Shown: piece after piece, positions 21,727 through 31,596 of the stretch
Layout: every line of letters starts with the position of its first letter
How positions within the stretch are numbered: position 1 is the stretch's first letter
Assembly: GCA_043803945.1 (NCBI GenBank)
Contig: JAZDJN010000101.1
Span: 1-64,000, forward strand
Length of the DNA stretch: 64,000 nucleotides
Direction: 5' to 3'
From: a bacterium
Lineage (GTDB): Bacteria > Bacteroidota > Ignavibacteria > UBA10030
Position numbers and translations under genes: made by a program
The notes under the pieces: model-generated
Databases searched by the model: none
The model's input: only the letters and a program-made list of their open reading frames with translations
Told to the model about the DNA's origin: nothing

Positions 21727-22701
21727 GTTTTTTTAATCCTTCCTGAGCACACTCCAGTATTTGTAATACTTCAAAGGCATGCTCGCCGTCTGTTCGTGGT
21801 TGCGTATTATTAAGTACTGACTCATAAAAATGCCGATGCTCTGCTGTGAGAGCAGGTGTATCTCCAAATGAAATGACTTGAAAATCCTCATCGAATTTCT
21901 CGAGAAAACCATTTATTTTTTTGAATCCTTTTTTATAGAACTTCAACTTATCTGCCTTCACACTATCCTCAAAGACAACCATACCCTCTTCACCGATAAC
22001 AACCAGCCGGTGCTCTTTAAAAGGATGGAGCCAGCTAACAAAAATATGGGCATGAACATTGTTTGGATAGGTCAGGTAGGTAATGGTGGTGTCTTCGATA
22101 TCATCCTGAATGAAATCACCACCGTGAGCATCTGTCGTTAAAGGAGAATTGCCCGTGAGAAATTGAATAATGGAAATATCGTGAGGCGCAAAACTCCAGA
22201 GAATATTCTCCTCACTTCGAATTGTCCCTAAATTCAAACGATTACTATAAATGTATTGAAGCTTGCCGATCATACCCACTTCCATCATGCTCTTTATCTT
22301 CAGGATTGCAGGATGATGGAGAAGAACATGGCCGACCATCAATTTTAATTTATACTTCGCCGCCAGATCTACAAGGTGGCGGGCTTCCGATGAATAGAGT
22401 GTGATCGGCTTCTCAATCAGGACATGCTTACGATGCTCAAGGCATTTCTCTGCAATCCAAAAGTGAGTTTCTGCCGGTGTAGCGATAACAACCGCATTGA
22501 AACTGGGATTCTCTAAAATATCCTCATACCGGGTGGTGAACTGTATAGCAGGATTAACGGCTTTGACGAGATCTCGTGATTTGGGATCAGGATCACAGGC
22601 AATAATGTTTTCCGGTCCTAAAAGACTAGATGCGGTTTTGACATGGTTAATACCCCACTTCCCATAGCCAATCAACCGAGTTTAATGTTTTGATACTCCA
22701 T
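21713..22701 (-). pseudogene. Gfo/Idh/MocA oxidoreductase (WbpB-like), 5' frameshift
   Basis: ATG 22701 MEYQNIKLG then a 1-nt shift into LIGYGKWG; EKP, VGH, RLNLG, APHDIS motifs. Confidence 0.8.
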
Positions 22702-22868
22702 TGTATTTCCCCCACTGTATATTTTGACATAGAATGACAGTTTGGTAAATCGTAAATAGTGTTAGTAAACGGTTTACTGTATACAGTGTACAGTAGACAG
22801 TTTATAGTGAACCGTTCATCATAAATCCTGTATCATGAAGCACGAGCCGAGTATTGCCTATCGTGATA

Positions 22869-23327
22869 TTAAAGCCTCTCTAATTCCTCGATGTCGAGGA
22901 GGTCTTGTTTTCGACCTGCGATTTTTTTGCTCGTAATAAGGTCTTGTTTAGAAATATAAAAGACCTCTTGGTTTCCAAATTTCCCTGTTACTTTTCGATC
23001 CCACGTTTCATGAAAATCAATCCCGGATATTCCAATAATCAAGTCAATGCGAAGAGGTGGATATCCCAACTGAATCACAGTATTGGGATTCATAAGATCA
23101 TCAAGCGTGATATCGAGACTACCAAATCCAAAATCCTTCAAGACAAGGATGATACGCTCAGCATTTTCTCTTTCCGTACAGAGAAGAATATCAATATCGC
23201 GCGTGAAGCGCGGCCGAGCGTGGATAGCAAATGCATACCCACCAACGATTAAATATTTCGCTTTATGATTGTTTAATAATTCGAAGAACTCTTCGAAATC
23301 CTTCGGCACCATCATATTCATTTTCAA
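22869..23327 (-). CDS. Nucleotidyltransferase-superfamily protein (TA-associated)
   Basis: IVGGYA..PRFTRDID..RIDL..K..GRKQD motifs. Confidence 0.8.
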   Translation of the reverse strand: MKMNMMVPKDFEEFFELLNNHKAKYLIVGGYAFAIHARPRFTRDIDILLCTERENAERIILVLKDFGFGSLDITLDDLMNPNTVIQLGYPPLRIDLIIGISGIDFHETWDRKVTGKFGNQEVFYISKQDLITSKKIAGRKQDLLDIEELERL

Positions 23328-23484
23328 ACTGATTCATTTTTGACCATTGTTGGCGAAGCGTCTCAAGAACCATGAGCTTATAGTCAATCGTTTGACTTCT
23401 CCAGAAATTCAACTCGTCAATCTCTTGTTTGGAGTCGTTGAGCGGGTATTTATTGATTTTTTTATTCATAGTAAAAACCGACAA
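23263..23484 (-). CDS. Small partner protein of the nucleotidyltransferase
   Basis: FWRSQ..GFRRVLRIIKQ; overlaps the nucleotidyltransferase start. Confidence 0.65.
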   Translation of the reverse strand: MSVFTMNKKINKYPLNDSKQEIDELNFWRSQTIDYKLMVLETLRQQWSKMNQFENEYDGAEGFRRVLRIIKQS

Positions 23485-23661
23485 TTTACATTTTCCAGAG
23501 ATTATAAATGGTCAATGATATACAGTTAACGGTTTGCGATAGACAGTTCACCGTCAAAAGTTCACAGTATACAGTTTACTGTAATAGATTTCCTAAAACC
23601 TCTCTCGTTGTCATCTTGAGTATCCATTGTTGATTCTCTTGCTTCTGCATAGGTTGGCACC

Positions 23662-24159
23662 TCACCGTTCATCCTTCAGCAAATCTTTCATCTTCTTCCA
23701 TAAATCTTCGAGATCCTCGGAGATTAGTTTGACATCTCCCAGGACCGGCATAAAGTTCGTATCGCCTGACCAGCGTGGGACAATATGAAAATGAACATGC
23801 TTATCAATTCCTGCACCGGCGACTCGTCCTAAATTGGCCCCGAAGTTAAAACCATGCGGGTCACTAATTTCTCTCAAGGCATTCATCCCCATCGAAGATG
23901 CCCTCATTATTTCAGCGGTTTCTTTTGCAGTCAGCGACGTAAAATCACCGGTATGGCGATAGGGTACCACCATAAAATGTCCGCTATTATAGGGAAAGCG
24001 ATTAAGAACGATGAAACAGAACTCTCCTTTCCAAACCACAAGGTTTTTGGATGTCAACCTTCCTTTTGGCACACTGCAAAACAGACAGCTTCTGGTTTTT
24101 TTTCCATTCGAGAAGGATTTTATATAGGTCGAGCGCCATGGAGAATGCAGTTTCTTCAT
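23662..24159 (-). CDS. HIT family hydrolase
   Basis: CLFC, LNRFPYNSGH, HVHFHIVPRW histidine triad. Confidence 0.93.
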   Translation of the reverse strand: MKKLHSPWRSTYIKSFSNGKKTRSCLFCSVPKGRLTSKNLVVWKGEFCFIVLNRFPYNSGHFMVVPYRHTGDFTSLTAKETAEIMRASSMGMNALREISDPHGFNFGANLGRVAGAGIDKHVHFHIVPRWSGDTNFMPVLGDVKLISEDLEDLWKKMKDLLKDER

Positions 24160-24191
24160 CGGCTACTCTGAGAAATTGCAATAAAACGCCA

Positions 24192-24559
24192 TTATTGTTC
24201 TGCTTTCTGTTTCTTGAGCTTCTCTTCTAAAAATACAAGATCAAGCTTATCTTTTTCTCGAACCGTCTGCTTGAGTTGCCATAGTAATTCTACCGAGGCA
24301 AATGGAATTACTACACCTCGATTTCTACCATTTCTCTCAGGGATGCAACTTCGTTATACGCGTACCCACCAGCGGAAATTAACAGATCGACGACAATTTC
24401 ATCGGCGATTTTAACGACCATATAATTTATTAGATCATCTGGTGTCGCCTCGAGCGACGCCTTATCTGGTAAGATTGAAAGAGCATCACAGACTTTGAGT
24501 AAATCTTTTAACTCTGGTGGTCTTGATTCGAGTCTCGTGTTATCATGCTTAGTACCCAT
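24192..24559 (-). pseudogene. Nucleotidyltransferase-family remnant (core deleted plus frameshift)
   Basis: ESRPPELKDLLKVCDAL joins directly to LPD..ADEIVVDL with no GG..DxD; after a shift continues GVVIPFASVELLWQLKQTVREKDKLDLVFL*. Confidence 0.65.
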
Positions 24560-24726
24560 TGCTGGCTTTCTTCGAATGTCTTAAATCGATAGACTCCTTT
24601 CGGAATAAAGGGATTCCCTTTTCGAAGTCTGGCAACCAATGCAAGAAATCCGCGTGCCTTTTCCAGATTGATCTCTGTGGGTTGCCGTCGTCCAATAATC
24701 TTTATGGGCTGTATTTCTGTTTTCAT
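24508..24726 (-). CDS. Small partner protein upstream of the nucleotidyltransferase remnant
   Basis: PKGVYRFKTFEESQQW motif; overlapping arrangement. Confidence 0.65.
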   Translation of the reverse strand: MKTEIQPIKIIGRRQPTEINLEKARGFLALVARLRKGNPFIPKGVYRFKTFEESQQWVLSMITRDSNQDHQS

Positions 24727-24786
24727 CGGATAATCTGGTATTACTTTTCGTCATTCACTGTAAGATATTTCAGAGTCCTCACCGAA

Positions 24787-26106
24787 TTATATTCCATCTC
24801 CCAACAACTCAATTTTCTCTCTTCCAATCTTGATATTCTTTGTTGCATTACGAGTATCAACAATCCTTTTCGAATTCTTCACGATAAACTCATAATCGAA
24901 CTCTGAGTGATCCGTAGTGATCACAACACAATCAGCTTTCTTTAAAATATTTTTTGTCAGGGATACCGATTTGAAGTGTGCTCCATCGAAATCAAGCTCC
25001 TTGACGAAGGAATCGTGATAGGAGATATTCCGCGCACCATCGGCATGGAGCAGTTCCATGACTCTGATTGCCGGAGAGTGGCGGATATCGTCCACATCGC
25101 GTTTGAAGGCGACGCCGAGGAAGAGAATATTTGCGTCTCTGAAACTCTTCGGCATCATACTCATTTCCCGAAGGATCATATTTTTCACATAGAAGGGCAT
25201 ATTCTCGTTGGTCTCTGCAGCCAGGGTGATAAAGTTGGTGTGGAAATCATACGCATGGGCAAGCCATTTGAGGTAATAGGGATCGATCAAGATACAGTGG
25301 CCGCCAATACCCGGGCCGGGATAAAAAGGCATAAATCCGAAAGGTTTTGTTGAAGCCGCCTCGACAACTTCCCACATGTTGATTCCACCCATCCGATCGC
25401 AAAGCAAGGCAAGTTCATTCACCAGGGCAATATTCACGCTGCGGAAAATATTCTCCAACAGTTTTTCCATCTCGGCAACTTTAGGGTTGGAAACCGGAAC
25501 GACCTTTGCAATAACCTGAGAGATAATGAGGCAAGCCAGTTCTGTACATCGGGCAGTGACTCCACCGACAACAACGGGGGTGTTGGCGGTTGTCCATTTC
25601 TTATTCCCCGGATCGATTCGCTCAGGAGAGAAGGCGAGGTAATAATCTTTTCCAACAATCAACGAAGATTTTTCCAGGATCGGGAGCACATATCCCTCTG
25701 TCGTATTCGGGAATGTGGTGCTCTTCAGAATAATAATATGATCTCTGCGCAGCCGTGGAGCGATCTGGTTTGCCGCATCGACTATAAACGAGATATCTGG
25801 TTCTTTGTTTAGAGTGAATGGTGTGGGCACACAGATAAAGATTACATCGAGGTCGCTCACCTCCAAATAATTATTAACGGCGCGGAGGTTTCCTTCCTTC
25901 ACTGCTTTATTGAATTTGTGCTCCTCAACGTCGTCGATATAATTCTTCCCTGCATTGACAGCATCGATTTTTCTTTTGTCGATATCGATACCGACTGTCT
26001 TATATCCTTTTGCCGCATACTCAACTGCAAGGGGCAGTCCGACATATCCTAATCCTACAATGCCGATTGTTACTTTCTTCGATTTTATTCGTTGTTCCAG
26101 TGTCAT
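24787..26106 (-). CDS. UDP-N-acetylhexosamine 6-dehydrogenase (WbpA/WecC family)
   Basis: GLGYVGLP, CVPTP, SPERIDPG, KLLEN, GGHCI. Confidence 0.93.
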   Translation of the reverse strand: MTLEQRIKSKKVTIGIVGLGYVGLPLAVEYAAKGYKTVGIDIDKRKIDAVNAGKNYIDDVEEHKFNKAVKEGNLRAVNNYLEVSDLDVIFICVPTPFTLNKEPDISFIVDAANQIAPRLRRDHIIILKSTTFPNTTEGYVLPILEKSSLIVGKDYYLAFSPERIDPGNKKWTTANTPVVVGGVTARCTELACLIISQVIAKVVPVSNPKVAEMEKLLENIFRSVNIALVNELALLCDRMGGINMWEVVEAASTKPFGFMPFYPGPGIGGHCILIDPYYLKWLAHAYDFHTNFITLAAETNENMPFYVKNMILREMSMMPKSFRDANILFLGVAFKRDVDDIRHSPAIRVMELLHADGARNISYHDSFVKELDFDGAHFKSVSLTKNILKKADCVVITTDHSEFDYEFIVKNSKRIVDTRNATKNIKIGREKIELLGDGI

Positions 26107-26223
26107 ATTGCTATTCTCATTAATGTTATCGTTTATATTTTACCACATAGTTCAAAAAGGGCAGAACACTATATCATGCACTATCGTATCAATACTGCGA
26201 AAAACCACCACTACAAGCTCTTA

Positions 26224-26679
26224 CTACCATCCTCTTTGTTGAATGAATGCTTTTGTCGAATCGATTGCCCTAAGAAGACTTGGGTATCGAGCGATGATCT
26301 CACTATTGATTCGCGGCAATTCGGAGAAAAGGTATTCATGGACAATTTCGTTTCTCAGATCTCGTATCAGTATCAATTCATCCGCTGAAGGAATCATTTC
26401 CAGCTTTTCAGCCAAATTTGCTTTATCAATGAATGATCGTGGATTTTCTCTCAGAAGAAGGAAAATTGTTTTTAATATTTTTTGAGAATAGAGATCCGCA
26501 ATACGAGCAAATTTTGATGACAGCGAATCGAACGATTCTTGCTCTTCAAATGTATGGCTCGCCTTCAACCCGATCTTTGTGCATTTCTCATTCGAATACT
26601 GCAATCCTTCAAGAGCAGCGGAGAGATCAGTAAGATCGTTCTTTAGTTCCAATTGTATGTGAGCTTCTGAGTGCTTCAT
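26224..26679 (-). CDS. HEPN-superfamily protein
   Basis: RDLRNEIVHEY (RX4HXY); coupled to MNT. Confidence 0.82.
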   Translation of the reverse strand: MKHSEAHIQLELKNDLTDLSAALEGLQYSNEKCTKIGLKASHTFEEQESFDSLSSKFARIADLYSQKILKTIFLLLRENPRSFIDKANLAEKLEMIPSADELILIRDLRNEIVHEYLFSELPRINSEIIARYPSLLRAIDSTKAFIQQRGW

Positions 26680-26963
26680 AGCTCGATTGAATGGCTAAGG
26701 GCGATACTCTTGAAGGGATCGATATCGTCAAAGGTAAAATTCACAAGATCAATTTTTTGTTCACCGCACGTTTTATAAAATTCTATCCGCATTCTTGACA
26801 GATCCGAATAGTTCAATCGTTCCTTTGTCAGAATGAGGAGATCGATATCTCCCCCTTTTTCGCTGTCAGAAATCCGAGACCCAAAGAGAAAGATCCTTGC
26901 ATCGGAAAAATGTTCTTTGACGTAGGCGGCTAAAAAAATTTGTATGGTCTGTTTTAATCTCAT
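26676..26963 (-). CDS. MNT nucleotidyltransferase
   Basis: FLFGSR..KGGDIDLL, QKIDLV. Confidence 0.88.
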   Translation of the reverse strand: MRLKQTIQIFLAAYVKEHFSDARIFLFGSRISDSEKGGDIDLLILTKERLNYSDLSRMRIEFYKTCGEQKIDLVNFTFDDIDPFKSIALSHSIEL

Positions 26964-26999
26964 ACAACTTTCAACGTCTCGCTTCGCATTAGAATTTCT

Positions 27000-27299
27000 T
27001 TATGCATGCCTGCGAAAATACAATGTGAAGTAGTTTTTCACTTTTGGTAAATAATTACAGCGTGCCTGGCGCGTCCGTTTGCGGAATATTTTTGCGGTCT
27101 GAGAAAGTCCTATCACATCAAACAGCTTTTTCACATCTTCCAGCAATCCATAATTGAGGATGGTCTCAACCAAGAACTCATCGCTGATATGGACTTTTGC
27201 ATCATCCTTAATATACCAGAACAACTGCTTCCGCTTTCGAATAAATTGCTCTCGCTGGCTTTGAGAATTAATTGCGGTTTTCCTCATCAGTGTCCTCAT
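27000..27299 (-). CDS. DUF6922-like small protein
   Basis: LFWY..LVETILNYG..DVKKL motif. Confidence 0.65.
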   Translation of the reverse strand: MRTLMRKTAINSQSQREQFIRKRKQLFWYIKDDAKVHISDEFLVETILNYGLLEDVKKLFDVIGLSQTAKIFRKRTRQARCNYLPKVKNYFTLYFRRHA

Positions 27300-27982
27300 T
27301 ACGCGTGCGAGAGTGAATTTTCTCTTTTCTGGGCAATATCCTTGGCAATTCTCTGGAGATCATTGAATGCGTCCTGAAACGATATATCAGAAACCCAATG
27401 GACTTTTGCTAAATACTCAATAGGAAACTCACTGAGCACTAGGCTTAAATCAATTGGATCCAGATACGACGTTTTCTTTTCCCCTTCTTCCAATGCAGAG
27501 GCCCAGGTAAAGGATCTCGATCGGCAGATGTAAAGGATATCAGCTATGTCTTTTGGTTCTCTCCGGTCAAGTGCGGTCAGCTTATTGGTCAAGATATTCC
27601 ACCAGTTATCAACTCTCGGAAACAGATCAAACTTCTCTGGTAGGCCGAAGCGGTACGGAATATCATTCACGAAATCCACTTTGAGTTCTACAGTATTCTT
27701 GCTACACTGTACACGGATAAAATCGGCTGTTTTGATTATAATTGTTGCGGTGAGAGCATGTTGTTGAAACGCCGATAAGACCTCTTCAGTCTGCTCTCGA
27801 AATGTATTTGAAGTATTCACAAAAAAATCTATATCATCCGAATAGCGATGCTGCAAAAAAAATCTTCCTAATGCTGTCCCGCCCGTGAGATAAAAATCTG
27901 TCGTGCAGCTTGCCACAGCTCTCAGCACATCATCCTGCAATGGATAGAGCTTATTGAGATAATAATCGTTTGACAGCAACAT
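27299..27982 (-). CDS. AbiEii/AbiGii-family nucleotidyltransferase toxin
   Basis: FYLTGGTAL..HRYSDDIDFF, NKLTAL..EPKDIAD. Confidence 0.9.
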   Translation of the reverse strand: MLLSNDYYLNKLYPLQDDVLRAVASCTTDFYLTGGTALGRFFLQHRYSDDIDFFVNTSNTFREQTEEVLSAFQQHALTATIIIKTADFIRVQCSKNTVELKVDFVNDIPYRFGLPEKFDLFPRVDNWWNILTNKLTALDRREPKDIADILYICRSRSFTWASALEEGEKKTSYLDPIDLSLVLSEFPIEYLAKVHWVSDISFQDAFNDLQRIAKDIAQKRENSLSHA

Positions 27983-28247
27983 ATTTCTCCCGGAGAGCTT
28001 TCGAATGAATTCTTCTCAGGACCGCATCCGACAACAATTCATCGACATGCTCTATCCCGACAAGATCCAGAATATCATACCACTTCCAAGAAGTCAGCAG
28101 ACGGGCATAGAGCCCTTCTCGATCGAGATGGCCAACCCGCTCTCGTTTACCTGCGAGAAGATCCTGTAATTCCTCTTCTGAAAAAGTATAATCCCAAAAT
28201 ATTTTTCTCAGTTGCATCTTTATTGCCTGAAAGCACAACACAAACAA
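27951..28247 (-). CDS. Putative antitoxin partner of AbiEii
   Basis: IFWDY motif; overlaps the AbiEii start. Confidence 0.65.
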   Translation of the reverse strand: MFVLCFQAIKMQLRKIFWDYTFSEEELQDLLAGKRERVGHLDREGLYARLLTSWKWYDILDLVGIEHVDELLSDAVLRRIHSKALREKYVAVKRLLSQ

Positions 28248-28295
28248 TCAATCTTACAGTTTGACCTGAAGAGCTCTGTCTTGGTACAACAGTCG

Positions 28296-30404
28296 CTATT
28301 CTGCCTCTTCCTTTGCCTTTTCGGTGGCAGCAATGACCTTCTCGGTCTGCTCCCGCGGCAACTCATCATAGTGGGAGAACTTGGTACGATAAATTCCGCG
28401 GCCCTGCGTCATCGAACGCAACACTGTCGAATACTTATGCAGCTCCGACATTGGAATCTGCGCTTTGATCTTCTGGAAGGGCCCTTCGGCTTCCATGCCC
28501 ATGATCTTCCCGCGGCGGCCGGAGATATCGCCCATCACATCTCCCATATATTCCTCTGGCACGACCACTTCAACTTCATTAATCGGCTCGAGAAGAATGG
28601 GCTTGGCTTCCATAAATCCTTTTTTGAATGCCATGATGCCGGCAATCTTGAACGAATGCTCGTCGGAGTCGACCGTATGATACGATCCGTCAAAGAGCGT
28701 GACTTTCACATCCACCACCTGATAACCGGCCAAGACTCCCTTTTGCATGGTCTCAATAACACCTTTTTCTACGGCAGGAACGAATCTGCCGGGTACAACA
28801 CCACCGACGATGGCATCTTCAAATTCAAAGCCCGTACCACGCGGTAATGGCTCAATCTTAATATAAATATGTCCGAACTGTCCACGGCCGCCCGTTTGCT
28901 TTTTGTGTTTGTATTCGATCTCCGCGACGGTCGTTTTAATCGCTTCCTTGTAGGGAATCCTCGGTTCTTTCAGATCGACCTCAACGCCATATTTTTCCTT
29001 CAGGCGCCGTGTGACAACCAAGAGATGCAGTTCACCCTGACCCGAGATAACCGTCTGGCTCAATTGCCCATCGACTCTGACGACAAACGTCGGATCTTCC
29101 TCATGCAGACTGTGGAGACCATTGGCGATCTTGTCTTCATCGCCCTTCGATTTGGAATGGATCGCCATATGGATCACGGGATCGGGGAAGGCGATCTTCG
29201 GGTAGACCACAGGGAAGGATCTGCTGCCTAAGGTATTATTAGTATGGGTATCTTTTAATTTCACCACCGCCCCGAGATCACCTGCATGCAGTTTACTGAC
29301 TTCGCGGCGTTCCTTGCCGTTCATGACAAAGATTTGCCCCAGGCGTTCCGCCTTGCCATTGGTGTGATTCGTCATATCAAGTCCGGCCGTAACGATTCCG
29401 GAATAGACGCGGAAGAACGAAAGCTCGCCGACATGCTGTTCGGAGACTGTCTTGAAGACAAACATCGAAACCTGTCCATTCACATCGGGAGCAACAGTTA
29501 CTTCATTTTTCGCTTGCAGATCGGTAGCCGTTACGCTTCCCTGTTCTGCCGGCGATGGTCCGAAGCGGGTGAGAAACTCAAGCAATCCCAGACCGCCGAT
29601 GTTCATGCTTGCAGAGGAGCAGAAGACTGGAAAGATTTTCCGTGTCTTCAAGGCAAGCTTCATTCCCTTCTCCAGATCGGCATCCATCAATGTGCCTTCT
29701 TCGAAGAATTTATTCATTAAGTCTTCGTCCGTCTCGGCAATCTTCTCGATCAATTCTTCATGGAGCGCGTTTGCTTTTTCCTGCAACTCGGCAGGGATAT
29801 CGGATTCAGTGAACTTCCCACTGGTATCGCGATTGAATTTGATGAGTTTCATCTTCAGGACATCGATAATCGCGTCGAAGACCAACCCCTCATTCGCCGG
29901 GAACTGCACGACGACCACATCGTGGCCAAACCGATTCTTCGCTGTCGTCAAGGCGTGATCGAAATCAGAATTTTCATTATCGAGTTTATTCACTACTAAG
30001 ACACTTGGCGTGTTATACTGCTTGGTATATCCCCAGACAATCTCCGTCCCGACCTCTGTACCTTCCACGGCCTTCAGCAGGACAACGGCGATATCGGAGA
30101 CCGGAATAGAGCCGATCACTTCGCCGGTAAAATCGGAGTACCCGGGAGTATCGAGGATGTTGAATTTGACTCCCTGATAGTCGCAATGCAGCAGAGCCGC
30201 ATTGATCGAGATCCGGCGTTCAATTTCATCCGGATGATAGTCTGAGGTTGTGGAGCCATCTTCAACCCGGCCGATGCGATTGATGGTTCCGGTTGAAAAC
30301 AACAGTGTTTCCGCGAAGGTGGTTTTCCCTGATCCACCGTGACCGATGAGCGTAATGTTTCGAATTTTATCGATTGGATAATCTTTAATTTGTGCTAGTG
30401 CCAC
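28296..30404 (-). CDS. fusA: Elongation factor G paralog (EF-G2 type)
   Basis: GHGGSGKTT, DTPG, NKLD, GELHL, KQTGGRGQFG; G2 motif RRISI rather than RGITI; not in a str operon. Confidence 0.92.
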   Translation of the reverse strand: MALAQIKDYPIDKIRNITLIGHGGSGKTTFAETLLFSTGTINRIGRVEDGSTTSDYHPDEIERRISINAALLHCDYQGVKFNILDTPGYSDFTGEVIGSIPVSDIAVVLLKAVEGTEVGTEIVWGYTKQYNTPSVLVVNKLDNENSDFDHALTTAKNRFGHDVVVVQFPANEGLVFDAIIDVLKMKLIKFNRDTSGKFTESDIPAELQEKANALHEELIEKIAETDEDLMNKFFEEGTLMDADLEKGMKLALKTRKIFPVFCSSASMNIGGLGLLEFLTRFGPSPAEQGSVTATDLQAKNEVTVAPDVNGQVSMFVFKTVSEQHVGELSFFRVYSGIVTAGLDMTNHTNGKAERLGQIFVMNGKERREVSKLHAGDLGAVVKLKDTHTNNTLGSRSFPVVYPKIAFPDPVIHMAIHSKSKGDEDKIANGLHSLHEEDPTFVVRVDGQLSQTVISGQGELHLLVVTRRLKEKYGVEVDLKEPRIPYKEAIKTTVAEIEYKHKKQTGGRGQFGHIYIKIEPLPRGTGFEFEDAIVGGVVPGRFVPAVEKGVIETMQKGVLAGYQVVDVKVTLFDGSYHTVDSDEHSFKIAGIMAFKKGFMEAKPILLEPINEVEVVVPEEYMGDVMGDISGRRGKIMGMEAEGPFQKIKAQIPMSELHKYSTVLRSMTQGRGIYRTKFSHYDELPREQTEKVIAATEKAKEEAE

Positions 30405-30467
30405 GTACGTCTCCTCTCAAGCTTGGGCATGATCTGTTAAAAGGATTGTTGCTTACCGAGGCCGGGT

Positions 30468-30833
30468 TCAACCGCGAAACCGACCGAAAAATTCTATTAC
30501 ACTTCCCACAATGGCACCGATAATAGAGGACACCTGCATGATCGGCTCTTCTAGCTGCTGCCGGATGCGGCGCTCAAAGAGGACCACATTGTCGGCAACC
30601 GTTTTAAACGATTGAAGGGAGCCTTTGATGATGTCGGCCTGTTCATCAATCTTGGCGGCGGCCGACTTCAGACGTTCGGTAATATATGTCAGATTTTCCA
30701 GCACGGGTTTGACGCGCTGTGCAAACTCTGCCAGATCGTGACGAATCTGACGGAGAGTGACGACGAGGTAGATGCACAACACGGAGACGCTCAGGAGCGC
30801 AAGCAGTTGTGCAAGAGCAAGAACCGTTTCCAC
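30468..30833 (-). CDS. DUF948-like membrane-anchored coiled-coil protein
   Basis: N-terminal TM plus helical body; adjacent to YtxH gene. Confidence 0.65.
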   Translation of the reverse strand: METVLALAQLLALLSVSVLCIYLVVTLRQIRHDLAEFAQRVKPVLENLTYITERLKSAAAKIDEQADIIKGSLQSFKTVADNVVLFERRIRQQLEEPIMQVSSIIGAIVGSVIEFFGRFRG

Positions 30834-30925
30834 GATACCGTTCCTTCAAAAAGCTGTTCTGTGAGAGAACGCCTCACACAGCGAGGCGGTGATTTAAAAA
30901 TGGGCAATGCAAGGCATTTTAAGCT

Positions 30926-31085
30926 TGGGTGTCACGGTCCCCCGCAAAAAACACGGGGCGGGCATACCGTGACACTTCACATCTCGATGATTTCACTTGA
31001 TGCGTCACGAAATCCCTGCCTGCGGCAGGCAGGCTGCCCGCCTCATTTGGATCTTTTGTGGCAGGCGGGGGTTCGTGACGCCCAT
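30926..31085. repeat. Inverted pair of REP-like palindromes with nested hairpin inserts
   Basis: TGGGTGTCACGGT..ACCGTGACAC and GCGTCACGAA..TTCGTGACGCCCA; the second carries CCTG-type inserts. Confidence 0.7.
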
Positions 31086-31117
31086 AGTTTTTCCTTTTTT
31101 GGACAATCACGAAAATC

Positions 31118-31438
31118 TTAGCTGTTGGATTTTCCCCGAGCATCCGTCAGGATTCGCTCGGCATCGTTCATCAGATCGCTCGCCTGTTTGCGGGCGTCGT
31201 CGATGATATTATCAGACTTTTTTTTTCCTTCGTTGACGATCTCGCCTGCTTTGGCTTTGGCTTTTGCCACCAACTCTTCGCTTTTTTCGACCAGCTCATT
31301 TGTTTTCTCACGAAGATCGGCGCGCAATTCCTTGCCGGTTTTTGGGGCATAGAGCAATGCAAGAACCGCTCCGACGACACTGCCGGCAATAAATCCGACG
31401 ATCAGGCCTTTTGCCATTCCATCATTCTCGTTCGACAT
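31118..31438 (-). CDS. YtxH domain protein
   Basis: GAVLALLYAPKTGKELR signature. Confidence 0.9.
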   Translation of the reverse strand: MSNENDGMAKGLIVGFIAGSVVGAVLALLYAPKTGKELRADLREKTNELVEKSEELVAKAKAKAGEIVNEGKKKSDNIIDDARKQASDLMNDAERILTDARGKSNS

Positions 31439-31596
31439 AGATGTCTCCTTTCAGGTTATCTCTTCAGGATAGACTTACCATTGGTTGTACATGTGACGAT
31501 CAACCGCGTTTATAACAATTCAGTATTCAAGCATCGAGAACGACTTGCCCTGCCGTGATAAGAGCGCAGTGCATCGCTCTTCGACAACAGCGCTAC

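Noticed and set aside
28212-29999. Plus-strand ORFs opposite EF-G (and similar ones opposite metH, wzc and the DUF11 genes)
   Set aside because: Antisense shadows of well-supported genes, with no motifs.
30926-31085. Structured ncRNA or tRNA between ytxH and DUF948 genes
   Set aside because: No cloverleaf or known motif; better explained as an inverted REP-like pair with nested inserts.
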